Assembly (NCBI GenBank): GCA_002633005.1
Contig: NMRA01000018.1
Location: 1,649,290-1,713,289 of the forward strand
DNA: 64,000 nt
Direction of reading: 5' to 3'
DNA from: Phoronis australis
Lineage: Eukaryota > Animalia > Phoronida
Below are positions 25,144-39,300 of the stretch, piece after piece (the stretch's first letter is position 1; every line of letters starts with the position of its first letter). Below the pieces are notes generated by a model. That model was not told the origin of the DNA. It searched no databases and was given only the letters and a program-made list of their open reading frames with translations. The position numbers and the translations under genes were made by a program.

Positions 25144-28100
25144 CAGAAGGCTGGTACGTAGCAGCTTTTATAAACAACTAAAACACAAGTACTCTTGTTT
25201 CATCATCAATTGATGAAACAACTCATCCCATAACTACATTATATGTATTCATTAGGTATTATACAAATTTTAACCTTTTACACTGCATGAAGTTGCACAC
25301 CTTCCTCAACAATTATTTTACACCCAACAACAGTTAGACCAGAGTCAAATCAAACCAGTAACACTTAAAAATTTACAAAGCTTGAAAAAAATTCACACAA
25401 CTCTGTACACTGGGTTTACAGCGATGGTCAAATCGAACAGTTAAATGGTAGTTTGCTGGCCTGGGCAGGAGCAAATATTGGTGAACAAAACTTGTTCCCA
25501 CCATAACTTATTAGAAAGCTATTTAAATGGCACCGTCAGCCTTAAGAAATACTTAAAAATGGCAAATTAGGCATAACAAGAGCAATGTAGAGCATTGAAA
25601 TGTGGCCATGACTGCATCTCAAACTAAGGATGTTTATTAGTATCAGCAAAATGGCGATTAGATGGTGCAGATTACGTCAAGCCCATCCAAAAATGGGAAG
25701 GCGCCATCTCCTAATAGAAAACTATCTGCCAAATTTCATGAAAATTCATGAAGGAACTTGGAAAAACAGGCAAATGTGAAAAAACACATACTGTCACTAG
25801 GAGGCACAATGGTAGTAGGACTTGTTGTCAAATTAATAGGAATATATTTGCAAAACTTCCACTTGTACATGGACCTGCCTAAACATCTACATCAGTCCTG
25901 ATCTCATCAGTAAGAACAAACACATTTGTCAATTTTCATAATGATCCTTTAAGTAGTTTAGTGACACAGAGGCAGACAGGGCAAAATTCATTAATAATAA
26001 AAATGGTCACTAGGTGGCACTGAATACGTCAAATGCATCCCAAAATAGAAAGGTGATACCATCTGCATATCGTTCGTAAAATTTTATGAAAAACCACCGT
26101 GAAACTCTTGAAAATACTGAGGCAAAAGTGAAATTCCCACAGGGGGCGCAGCGGGGGCGAGAGTGGTCTAAAAGTAGTAGGTAGCCATTGTCACATTTAC
26201 AGAAAAACTCATGCCAAATTTCACAAAGAACCTACAAATGACTAAGGAGAAACAGCCATGGACACAAAACAGTCAAAATCACCAACAGGGGGCACCAATT
26301 GTCAGAACTGACCAACCGTGGTCTTCTCGCCGTGAGCACATTTGCTAAGTTCCATACTGATCCTTTGAGCACTTTAGCTGATAAAGAAGCAGGCATCAAA
26401 AATGGATTCAAAATGATGAAAATGACCACTTGGTGGCAAAAAAAATATAATGAATATGTCCAAAAATAGAAGGACATCATCCTCTCCTCAATAAAAACCT
26501 ATTTCCTAAATTTCACAAAAATCCGTAAATAAATAAAGGCAAACATAAAAAATGAAAATGCTACTAGGAGGCACAGCGGTATTTGGATTGGTCTGAAACT
26601 TGTTGCCATCGTAGAAATTCACTTGCCAAATTTCACAAAGATTTAAAAGAGTTAAGGTGTTACAGGTTTCATTATGATCCTTTGAATGACTTGACAGATA
26701 TAGAGGCAGAGGCTAAAAAACAGACTCGAATATTTCAAAAATGGACACTAGGTGGTGCAGAATACGGCAAATGCACCCAAAAATATGGGGGCTTCACCAT
26801 CTCCTTGATAGAAACCTATTTGGCAAATGTCATGAAAATTCATCACAGAACTCCAAAGATACAGAGGCAAACGTAAAAGAAATAAAACTAGAATCAAGTT
26901 AAACAGTGACAGTCAGATTCGTCCAAAACTTGTCATATTGTCAGCTTCATAGGAACAAAACTACAAAATCTCATTAAGATCCTGAAAGGGATTTAGGAGA
27001 TACACCAGCAGACGCCCGATGCCACAGGACAACCAGACAATTCTGACGGCAATACGCAACTTCATTATGTGGGCACGTAAAAATATGTTCGTAGTAAAAT
27101 TTTGGAAACTCGAACTTGTGTAATTTTAATTAATGTCTTAAAAGACAACGTCAATTTCGAAGCAGCACCGTAGCGAAATGACCAATAACATTATATGGTA
27201 AGCTGAATATAAACCACGTGTGTAAATTCAGTACAGTAAACTACAATAAGGATAGTCTCGTTACCATAGTTTCTGTAAATCGTTTCGAACACATAATGTT
27301 TGTGGAGGATGATCAGAGTGTTCACTTGACATTTTCACTCACTCAGATTTAGCGCAATTATTGGTTTGGATCAAATATCGGAACTATCCGACTACAGATA
27401 TGAATATGGAATAGCAGCATGACATCAGCAGTCAATCTCTGCTGTCAAGGTTCATCTTTGTACTGCATAACGTCGAATTGTTGTGAGGACTTGACAGAGA
27501 CCTCAGGGGTCTCACGCTCCACTGGCTTATCTACACCAATTTGAAAAGGCTTTGCCCAGTCATACATTGTGTGTCGTAAAAGAGATGATACCCACAGCAA
27601 GTAGAACTACTTTCATTTATCACATTGGTGTAGACTCACAGTAGAACTGAGGTTTTCTGTTGAGCCCAGATCGTCCGGAGTTGCACCATATGCTAACTCC
27701 GAACAACCTTTCATGACGATTTAGTGTTATGGGAAATCGAACTCAAAATTATTTTTAACATATTCTGTTCTACTTTTGTGCGAACTCAAGGTCAGTACAT
27801 ATTAGTCTCTGCCTGAGTACATTAGGGGTTATGCATATGAATTTCGGGGTTTAAGTTGGAATTGATGAGGCCCTCAGAGTCGAGCAACAAACTAGAGAAA
27901 AAACTCGAAATTTCAAGTTCAGACACGAAATTAAAGCCTGAATGCTGATGCCACTAAGAGCACGTTAGGATTGGACAATTATCCAATAAAGCCAAATGAT
28001 GTACTTGAGCACAGTCCAACAGGGACTTATCTTGAGCTGGTTCGAAAGCAGAGTGTAAAATGCGAAAGATAACTTGAGTTCGATTTTTGGTGAAAAGTTT

Positions 28101-28229
28101 AGAAGCCAGGCCCTGATGGCTCGTCTTTGAAGGACGATCAGTAAAATGTGTTCACAGCTCTCATTCCCCTTGATCTAAGCAGTCTATTACATGTACGTGC
28201 AGTGTGTCATAGTCTGGCAGCTCGGTTAG
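25144..28229. repeat. ~3.1 kb near-identical direct duplicate of 30343-33408 (optineurin 3' region), probably an uncollapsed allele
   Basis: Starts cagaaggctggtacg in both copies and ends ctcggttag. Only scattered SNPs and small indels. Bounded exactly by the N gap and N28230. Confidence 0.92.
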
Positions 28230-31200
28230 NCCATTGCCCTTTCAATTCGTATTATTCATTTGTTTTGACCGTATCATACATGCTAGTAAAATGCATTCAA
28301 ACATGCCTACTTCGACGCCCAATTTTGTTGCAAAATGGAGGTACAGGTCATAAAAAGAAAAATAATGAATGAAAATTGTTAAAAAGTGAGGTTTTTCTAC
28401 TTCTCAACAAATCAAACTTATGTGCTAAGTTTCAAAAAAATCGGTGATTTTGGGTATAGACTCTACCTGTTGGTTTTTATATGGAGTCACTCTTAAAGAG
28501 TGGCGCATTGGATCAACACCACAAGAACACGTTGTAACGAGTGGCGCTTTGGATCAACACCACCAGTACACCGTCCGTTTTAAAGAGTGGCGCGCTGTAT
28601 TTACACCGCCAGTACACATTGTAAAGAGTGTCGTTTTGTATTTACACCACCAGTGCACGGTATCGGAAAGAATCATGAATTTGAAATCGGCGCACTTTTG
28701 AAAACGTCAAATTGTGCATTCTTGTGTGGCGCTGTTTGAGCTTATCAAAATAGCTCAAAAACGAAGTCGACGATACCCAAAAATGTTTTCACAGAAAGAA
28801 TGCTCACAAAATAGAAGTACACTTAGATTGTGTGCGAGCCTATTGACAAGTATGCGTTTTTAGAAAAGTATATGTCATTTTAAAAAGCCTGTAAAATTAG
28901 ACTTTTGACCTTTACCAATCGGTTATTAATTGGGTCACCTGACCACGTCTTTTGAGTAAAATTTAGTAAAATAGAAAGGTAAATTGGAAATATTAAAAAC
29001 AATTCCTACGTGTTTTGCTGAAGAGTGCATAAAGCATTGTATCTGAAAGTTTCACAACAAAACTGCTTATTTATTTAGCTATAGTTTAACTTTGAACTTT
29101 GTCACAAGTAAATATAAAACCGCGACGGCCGGCATGGGCGTATAGCGCCGAAGGAAGTCAAGAATAGACGAAACACAATGACACGCGCAACAGAATTTGA
29201 AAAGAATTATTATTTTCAACTTGATACCAGCCATTCTCAAGTACATGCCTTGCAGTCAAACATTTGAGAATTGAAATTAAATAAAGCATGCGGCACAAAA
29301 ATTTTCGAAACGATTAAAACGGTTTTTCCAGTTGAAGCAGCTAAAAATCGCTTTCTGGCACAAAAAAAAATGTTTCGTTTAGGTCACACTACTGCTATCA
29401 TGAAATTGGTCTCAATTCTTCTTTTTTCAAAATAGGTGAAAATCAAGGCTTGGAAAGAAGTACAAGCTTGTTACAACTCAAGACAAAATGTTTACATGTT
29501 GATTTGTAAAAGTCGGTAATCAGTAGCACCCAGAAAGGCAGGGGGAGGGAGGGGGGGCGAGGCGACGGCCCTAGGGGCCATCCAATCACTACTTGTTTGA
29601 AATTGAGATTGATTTGTATTATTGAATACAGTTTCTATTTTGCCTCATCTTTTTTCTTTTTCTCACTACCACTGGGGGTCCATGCATTTGAGCAGAGAGG
29701 AGCATCCATTAGGCAATTCAAAATCGCCTGGGGCATCACCTAACCCCCTGCACGCTACTGCCTGTCATTTTATCAGCTCAGCATAGTTTCTTGGAAGCAC
29801 CGAACTGACAATTCTTTGCAAAACTCTGAATCACTTGTCACCAGAGTACTGAACAATTTTGGAGCAATAAGTGACCTAAACAAAACTAATACTTTCTAGG
29901 AATATTGCAGCTTTAATTAAAACTTACTAAATGTTCCAAATAAGTAACAGTAATGGAATATAGTCTTAACACCTGGAATTGCTGAACACTACCATCAGTA
30001 CTTTGTGGCTTATATGAGTGACAGGATATTCACAGAGCATTTGTCATAAACAATCATTAACAAATTCAGAGGCACCAGGTAGCAAGTACTTTGATCCTGT
30101 TTATTCTTAATACAATAACCAATACTTCGGAATGTGATTGCAGTGTCCCCTTTACATAGCCAGTGCTACCACCCAGCCTTCTAAAAAGACTTGGAGCATA
30201 AGACCAAACTTCTGACTTAAAAAGTCTTAAATGAATTTTTACGAAACAGACACCAGGTGTCACTTTAAATAACCTGAGTAAGGAAGAATTTGGAACAATT
30301 TTAAGGACTGCAAGTGGTCTGAATAAAAAATTATTTTATCAGCAGAAGGCTGGTACGTAGCAGCTTTTATAAACAACTAAAACACAAGTACTCTTGTTTC
30401 ATCATCAATTGATGAAACAACTCATCCCATAACTACATTATATGTATTCATTAGGTATTATACAAATTTTAACCTTTTACACTGCATGAAGTTGCACACC
30501 TTCCTCAACAATTATTTTACACCCAACAACAGTTAGACCAGAGTCAAATCAAACCAGTAACACTTAAAAATTTACAAAGCTTGACAAAAATTCACACAAC
30601 TCTGTACACTGGGTTTACAGCGATGGTCAAATCGAACAGTTAAATGGTAGTTTGCTGGCCTGGGCAGGAGCAAATATTGGTGAACAAAACTTGTTCCCAC
30701 CATAACTTAAAAAGCTATTTAAATGGCACCGTCAGCCTTAAGAAATACTTAAAAATGGCAAATTAGGCATAACAAGCAATGTAGAGCATTGAAATGTGGC
30801 CATGACTGCATCTCAAACTAAGGATGTTTATTAGTATCAGCAAAATGGCGATTAGATGGTGCAGATTACGTCAAGCCCATCCAAAAATGGGAAGGCGCCA
30901 TCTCCTAATAGAAAACTATCTGCCAAATTTCATGAAAATTCATGAAGGAACTCGGAAAAACAGGCAAATGTGAAAAAAACACATACTGTCACTAGGAGGC
31001 ACAATGGTAGTAGGACTTGTTGTCAAATTAATAGGAATATATTTGCAAAACTTCCACTTGTACATGGACCTGCCTAAACATCTACATCAGTCCTGATCTC
31101 ATCAGTAAGAACAAACACATTATTTGTCAATTTTCATAATGATCCTTTAAGTAGTTTAGTGACACAGAGGCAGACAGGGCAAAATTCATTTATTATAAAA

Positions 31201-33339
31201 ATGGTCACTAGGTGGCACTGAATACATCAAATGCATCCCAAAATGGAAAGGTGATACCATCTGCATATCGTTCGTAAAATTTTATGAAAAACCACCGTGG
31301 AACTCTTGAAAATACTGAGGCAAAAGTGAAATTCCCACAGGGGGCGAAGCGGGGGCGAGAGTGGTCTAAAAGTAGTAGGTGGCCATTGTCACATTTACAG
31401 AAGAACTCATGCCAAATTTCACAAAGATCCTACAAATGACTAAGGAGAAACAGCCATGGACAACAGTCAAAATCACCAACAGGGGGCACCAATTGTCAAA
31501 ACTGACCAACCGTGGTCTTCTCACCGTGAGCACATCTGCTAAGTTCCATACTGATCCTTTGAGCACTTTAGCTGATAAAGAAGCAGACATCAAAAATGGA
31601 TTCAAAATGATGAAAATGACCACTTGGTGGCAAAAAAATATAATGAATATGTCCAAAAATAGAAGGACATCATCCTCTCCTCAATAGAAACCTATTTGCT
31701 AAATTTCACTAAAATCCGTAAATAAATAAAGGCAAACATAAAAAATGAAAATGCCACTAGGAGGCACAGCGGTATTTGGATTGGTCTGAAACTTGTTGCC
31801 ATCGTAGAAATTCACTTGCCAAATTTCACAAAGATTTAAAAGAGTTAAGGTGTTACAGGTTTCATAATGATCCTTTGAATGACTCGACAGATATAGAGGC
31901 GGAGGCTATAAAACAGACTCGAATATTTCAAACATGGACACCAGGTGGTGCAGAATACGGCAAATGCACCCGAAAATATGGGGGCTTCACCATTCCCTTG
32001 ATAGAAACCGTATTTGGCAAATGTCATGAAGATCCATCACAGAACTCCAAAGATACAGAGGCAAACGTAAAAGAAATAAAACTAGAATCAAGGTAAACAG
32101 TGACAGTCAGATTCGTCCAAAACTTGTCATATTGTCAGCTTCATAGGAACAAAACTGCAAAATCTCATTAAGATCCTGAAAGGGATTTAGGAGATACACC
32201 AGCAGACGCCCGATGCCACAGGACAACCAGACAAATCTGACGGCAATACGCAACTTCATTATGTGGGCACGTAAAAATATGTTCGTAGTAAAATTTTGGA
32301 AACTCGTATGTGTAATTAAGACAAGAACAATTTCGACACTGCACCCTCGCGAAATGATCAATAACATTATATGGTAAGCTGAATATAAACCAGGTGTGTA
32401 AATTCAGTACAGTAAACTACAATAAGGATAGTCTCATTACCATAGTTTCTGTAAATCGTTTCGAACAAATAATGTTCGTGGAGGATGATCAGAGTGTTCA
32501 CTTGACATTTTCACTCACTCAGATTTAGCGCAATTATTGGTTTGGATCAAATATCGGAACTATCCGACTACAGATGTGAATATGGAATAGCAGCATGACA
32601 TCAGCAGTCAATCTCTGCTGTCAAGGTTCATCTTTGTACTGCATAACGTCGAATTGTTGTGAGGACTTGACAGAGACCTCAGGGGTCTCACACTCCACTG
32701 GCTTATCTACACTAATTTGAGAAGGCTTTGCCCAGTCACACATTGTGTGTCGTAAAAGAGATAATGATACCCACAGCAAGTAGAACTACTTTCATTTATC
32801 ACAATGGTGTAGACTCACAGTAGAACTGAGGTTTTCTGTTGAGCCCAGATCGTCCGGAGTTGCACCATATGCTAACTCCGAACGGCCTTTCATGACGATT
32901 TAGTGTTATGGGAAATCAAACTCAATATTATTTTTAACATATTCTGTTCTACTTTTGTGCGAACTCAAGGTCAGTGCATATTAGTCTCTGTCCCAGTACA
33001 TTAGGGTTTATGTACATGAATTTCTGGTTTAAGTTCGAAATTGATGAGGCCCTCAGAGTCGAGCTACAAACTAGAGAAAAAACTCGAAATTTCAAGTTCA
33101 GACACGAAATTAAAGCCTGAATGCTGATGCCACTAAGTGCACGTTAGGATTGGACAATTATCCAATAAAGCCAAATGATGTACTTGAGCACAGTCCAACA
33201 GGGACTTATCTTGAGTTGGTTCGAAAACAGAGTGTAAAATGCAAAAGATAACTTGAATTCGATTTTTGGTGAAAAGTTTAGAAGCCAGGCCCTGATGGCT
33301 CGTCTTTGAAGGACGATCAGTAAAATGTGTTCACAGCTC

Positions 33340-36300
33340 TCATTCCCCTTGATCTAAGCAGTCTATTACATGTACGTGCAGTGTGTCATAGTCTGGCAGC
33401 TCGGTTAGACACTTTGGACACTGTATAGTTTCACTGCTCTGATCACTGGACTGGCTTCCAGTTCCAAAACCGCTGGTCAACTGAAACAACGAGCAAGGGT
33501 CAATATTGCACAAAAGCTTTGATCTTTTAGAATAATAAGTTTTAAACTTCTTCATTTCCAATCTCAGCCATGCAGTTAAAATTTCAGTCTGATGGCCACA
33601 CCATGTGACTAATGAATGTAAGTCCGAAAAGACCTCTCAGTGCCCCAGCCTGGACATGAACCTGGGACCCTCCGGTGGTTCCGATGGCTTAGTGGACTAG
33701 AGTGTCTGCATGATTAGCAGAGGGTCCCGGGTTCGAGTCCCGGTTGGGGCAAAGATCTTTTCAGACTTATATTCATTAGGTCACCTGATATAGCCACAGG
33801 TGGTGTGCTGACCAGACTTAAAATTTTTGCGATTTCCATGACTTTTTACCATAAAACTTGCAATCTCTTACCTGGCCTTGGTATGACGGAGGAGAATATA
33901 TTCTGCCAGCAGCCACTTCGCCCTGACCCGCAGGGGAAACTGGTCGCACACGCGGGTACGGACCTTGAAGATGCATGGGAGCTACAATGAAGAATGAAGT
34001 AGAGGTAAACACAACTGTTGAGACAAAATGTCCGCTCAATCCGCTCAACAAAATGTTTGCATATTAGGACCCACAACTGAAAGTCAAGTAAAAACTAGTA
34101 ATAACAAATCTGTAAATAAAACTATATTGTAAAGCATTGGAGTTGGTGCTAAAGTCTAAAAACGTTAACAACTAATCATTGTTAGGAAACAATAAAAACT
34201 GGACAAAATTTGCACCCAAAGATGGTCAGATACAATTTGCACCCACACATGGTCAGATACAATTTGCACCCACAGATGGTCAGATACAATTTGCACCCAC
34301 AGATGGCCAGATACAATGTGCACCCACAGATGGTCAGATACAATCTGCACCCACAGATGGTTAGATACAATGCCATAAAAACAGCTCATAATACACATCA
34401 AACACATCCATAAATTTTCAGCTTACTACGAGAAACTGATGTAATTCAGTTATAACAGTAAGCATTGTTGATTTTTGCACTCTCTAAACCTATAATCTCT
34501 GGTGTTTGCTGCAGGCCAGGACACACAGATGTACCATAAATGTAAGGTTGTAGCTAATAATGAAAGGCGGATATAGAAAAACCTGTTAACTGTAAGGTTA
34601 GCATAGCCTAGCCATGTTTGCAGTGAACGTCTGTAGTCATGCCCTCCTTCCCTCCCTTCATCCCCCGTCACTATCTCCCCCTTTACTGTCCCTGAACTTT
34701 GACCTACTCCTGTTGGCACTCTCACGTGCACCCCTCAACTGTGTAATCGCTGCATCCTCTAACTCTTGTTTTTTCCAAAATCTTCCCCTTCACCCTTTTC
34801 CTTTCCTCTCAACCCCCATGGACTCTGACTTGTAGGTGCTCAAAACACTATGAGCCGTGCCACTCAACACCCCCCCACCTCTCCGCTTGCCCCTCCCTTT
34901 TCCTTCACTCCCTCTCAACTCCCTCCCCCCTCATCCCCCTCTGTCAGATCACCTTCTTCTAGACCTAGCCTCCCCTCACTCCTTTGAACTCTGACCTGCT
35001 CCAGTGGGTACCCTGACAGGGTATGATCCGTGTCGTCGCTGCATCTCGCGTATCTGCTGGTCAGATGCCTTCTGAAGTTCCTCTTGCAAGTAATCATTGC
35101 GCCTTTGTAGGCTGTTCAGATCCTCCTCCATTTGGCTACATTTCTCATGCATGCGTTCGCGGGCATCTCTCTCATTTTGGAAGTCAGCTTTGTACACCTC
35201 CATCTGTCAAGAAATGGATTAAGTTTCTAACTGAAGCAAACACTTCAGGCCATATACACTTGTCTTCATTGACTATTTCAAAGCCAAAAACACAAACTTC
35301 TGGATTTGGACCTCATATCATGAACACAAGAGCAATGCAGAGCTGCAGTGAAGCGCACCCATGACTGCACTGCAAACGGTATGTTTATTAGTATCAAAAA
35401 GGACACCAGGTGATGAGGAGAGTTGAATTTGGCACCTGGGAAGAGACTAAGGAATAAGACAATTTAACAGTTATGTAGCCAACAACTTTGAAAATGTGGA
35501 CTGTCATTTATGCACCAAAAGCCGAATTAGTTTTGTTACATGGAAACTTGTCTCCTTTTCACAATTCAAAAAAGGGCACGAACATGACTCTGAGCTTTCT
35601 GAAAAAAATTAGAAAAAATATATAGCCTCAAATACTGGGAATGCAAAAAGCAGATGAAATATTAAATTGTTGCAAATACAAAAGAACAATGCAACACACA
35701 ACAAGCAAGTTATGAGAAAGGGATTTGAAGCCTAGCTTGTAAGTGCTTAATTTGAGGCCAAGCCAGATACGTGTAAGGAAATTACCATTATGGCGTATTC
35801 CCGTTGCTCCCAACTTGTTCGATTCTATAGCCCAACAACAAGTTGGGAAGTAGCCAATATCTTACATGACTGATTAACTCCATTCTGGCATTTAGAGTTG
35901 GAAGGCCAGCTTTCTTTTGTTCGATAATTGCTCTAATCTCCAATAAGATCGTATCTACGCCGACTGGGTTGTGCTGTTACAAATAAAAGTTAAGTTCTAA
36001 CATTTTTGAACATAAAGTAATAGCATTTTTGAAATCTTCGTAAAATGGTGATCATGTTTAGTTTTTGAATCGCCAAAATCGCCCAACTGCAACAGAAGTT
36101 ACGACAATCCATTTTTTCCGAATACACCAAGTCCCTCTGAGTTAAAGTGTGTTCACATGTGGTCTGCAATAAGCCTGGTAGATAATTGGCCTGCTTGTTG
36201 TCGTAACAGACAAAAGAGTGTGCTTGGCAGTTAACAAAGAAGCTAGATGTTATTACACGCTCAGCACCCCCTACGTCTCGTAAAGTCACTGAACGGGAAA

Positions 36301-39300
36301 ATGCTGTCATGACACTGAGTGCCTGGTTTAGAGTGCAACGTATAGGGAAGTTTGAGTTCAAATGTTTTAACCAAGTCATTTGGCCGCAGTACAGAACACA
36401 TTTTACTGCATTTACAAAAAACAAACAAAGCTTTCTGGATCTCGGCTAAAAATCCCACCCTGAATCAGTGTGGTGGAGTGAGATTCAAGCTATCTAAAAC
36501 ATGGCAGAGGGCATTTCACTTAGTGTGCAACAGAGGTCTCACCAGTCGACCACCTTCCGTAGAAGGGGACAGTGGTGATCCTCGCAACGTAAAGTTTTAA
36601 CTACGACTGGCAGAAATATTCATAATTAGTCACGAACTTAGGACCCTCTAGCAACAAGCCTGTTATCAAAATGTCTATGCCTATCCTAAAATCTCGACAA
36701 AATGAACAAGGGATGTGCAACTTTGGCCAAAACACGCTTTGAACGCTACATCATACAGGGCAATTCCGCCTCAGTTTGAACACGGGTCAAAATTCGTGAG
36801 GACAAGGGAAGATGCATCATAGAGTGACAGGATTTTATATTCCCACACCTGTGCATTAGCACACCTGTGCATTAACAAAAGGACCATGTAACAGGTACAT
36901 ACCTGTGCATTAACAATATGATAAGCCTCCATGTCTGACTGCAGTTTCGCCACAGCACTTTTCAGAGACTGGTTTTCTTCACTCTTCATTTCTATCGACT
37001 CTCCTGCTGCCAACAACTGAGCCGTCAAGTTGTCAATGCGCTCCAGCGCCTCCTTGTGTTTGATGACAGAAACACTGTGGTTAGCTTTCTGCATCTGTAA
37101 CATTAAGTAATGCATTGCACAACAACGACCATGCCGTAACATTTGGGTTAGAGTACTCTCCATCCTCCATGTACACTGTAAGAAGCAGCAGTGTTTCTAC
37201 ATCAGTACTATACATATTAACTACGAATTCAATGGAGTTGAGTGTCTTAAAAAAAGCTGTTCAGAAATACGTATGGCAGTGAAGCTGCTTTGCACATTAA
37301 CAGAGCCTGGACAAACTTTGAGAAAAGAACTTTGAAGTTCATTTCAGATTAAAAATTTTTTTTTCCAAGAGCTGGTCATATGAATACTTCTGCAGAGCTA
37401 TAATTGTCTGAATGTCTCAAGGATTGCAGAGAGAGTTGTACACAGGAGAATATGTCAGTTTTATTCTCTGCGTGGACATACAGACGATGAACAGAATAAT
37501 GCCTTCCACAGGAGGGTATAGGTGAGTGGTGTAGTCTAATGTTTAAGTAGTAGGAAACTATATTGAAAAGTTGCGGTTTCTGTTTCACACCAACTTTCTA
37601 GAGGAAACAATAGCTTAAAAGGATTATTACTAAATCCTGTTTTTGTGATTTCAGTCACCAGCTAATAAACCAGTGGCGTCCCACTTAAGTGATAAAACCA
37701 GGATTCAACTAAAACTCATACATTCCATTTCACAGATAGGATACTATGGTACTTGGTGGGTGGTCTTTCCCTACATTTGTGGTGTATCGCACTTAAAACG
37801 TAGGTCACGCTTGCATGTTTAGCGGACTTTGTAAGGAGTTTTCAAATTTTGCCCCAAGCTTTCGAGAATCGTCCAGGGTTACATAGCATTCTTTTGTTTC
37901 CAAAGCAAGGGGGGAAAGCTGTTTTTAATAGTAAAATAATAAATTTATCAGAATCGCACCAGTACAGAAAAATAATTAAAAAGAAAAATATAAAAATACA
38001 AGACCAAAAAATAAAAGTACAAGTGCAAGACACGGACAACATAAAAAGTCAAAGACCTATTTCTATTATGGTCTGTAAAATAGATGAGAAACAAAATGAA
38101 AACCAATGAACAACAAAAGACAATCAGCAGTAAATAAGTAAATAATTGATTATAATTAAATACAAAAATATGTAACATCTGTCAATAGGCCAAAACTGGG
38201 TTTGGTATCCTTTCAAAGCACCATTAAACCCTGCTTTCTGCCAAATAAACAAGTTTTGATAGGTCACCATTATGAAATTGGTCTTAAATTCTACCTCGGG
38301 CAAAATAAGCATGACCTGGAATTTATAACCTTGGTCTGAAGAAATACCAACTGCCTTAAATAAGACAAAAGCAACTCTATATTACATAAAGAGACTTATG
38401 TCAAAATATGTTTTTTGATACAAAGTGTGAATTTGAAGTTCCTTTAACAGTAAGTTGATTACATTGCTCGCGCAACTAAGATCTGTTGAATTTAAAAAAG
38501 ACACAGACTTACCACTTCTTGTTTATACTCTTCAAAAGTCTCCCCCAGCTTAGTATAGTCACTAAAAATCTTATTATGGCTTTGACGGAGTACGTTATTT
38601 TCATGACTGAAAGAAAAACAAAAGAGTAACGCAAGGCGTGGACATGTATTCATGAGCCCAAGTTAATGTATTGCAAATGTCAAAAGCAAAATAAACCCTT
38701 TTGTGATTTTTAATCAATTCTCGTTCTGTTACCTGTGCATCATTGTTGTCCCACTTGAGTGACAAAAGCAGGATTCAACTAAAGAACATGTTGTCTGCAT
38801 CAAAGATTGGATATTGGGGTTCTTAGCGTGCATCTCGCCCAAAAGCGTAGGTAACGCTTATCCGTTTAACAGACTTTGTAAAGAGTTTTCAAACTTTGCT
38901 CCAAACCTTTGAGGGTTATCGAGGGTTACAGGGTATTATTATGTTTCAGAGAACTGGATGAGAGAAAAACACTTTTAATTTTTGTTAACAGGACTGGTCA
39001 AAGTCGGCGTTGGTGTCCTCTAAANGGGGGGGGGGGGGGTCCTTAAAACCACATGTTGAAGAATCAGGCTCACTTAGCAATCAGTAACGATTGAAAATTA
39101 CCACAAACACTTGCCCGTCTGGACGTAAATGACAGCGATATGTTTCTATTGTGTAAACATGCACAAACAAATTGATTTGCCTGAACACTTAGAAGACTGC
39201 TAACAACTAATCTTTTACTGGAAGACCTAAAGGGATGTAATCATGTTGTTTTTACGACCGGAGAATGCATTTTTGAGTAACTGATGAATGGGACAGACTT

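Noticed and set aside
24830-25181. ORFs full of X
   Set aside because: Artefacts of the N gap.
28161-28229. Second optineurin zinc-finger coding fragment as a separate paralogue
   Set aside because: Truncated at N28230 and part of the probable allelic duplicate.
26232-32367. Paired 60-106 aa ORFs (e.g. MDWSETCCHRR...)
   Set aside because: They lie in a degenerate repeat, and indels between the two copies shift their frames, so they are not under coding constraint.
33677-33750. Functional tRNA gene
   Set aside because: Poor acceptor stem and irregular anticodon loop; it continues into sequence shared with an inverted copy, so it is SINE-like.
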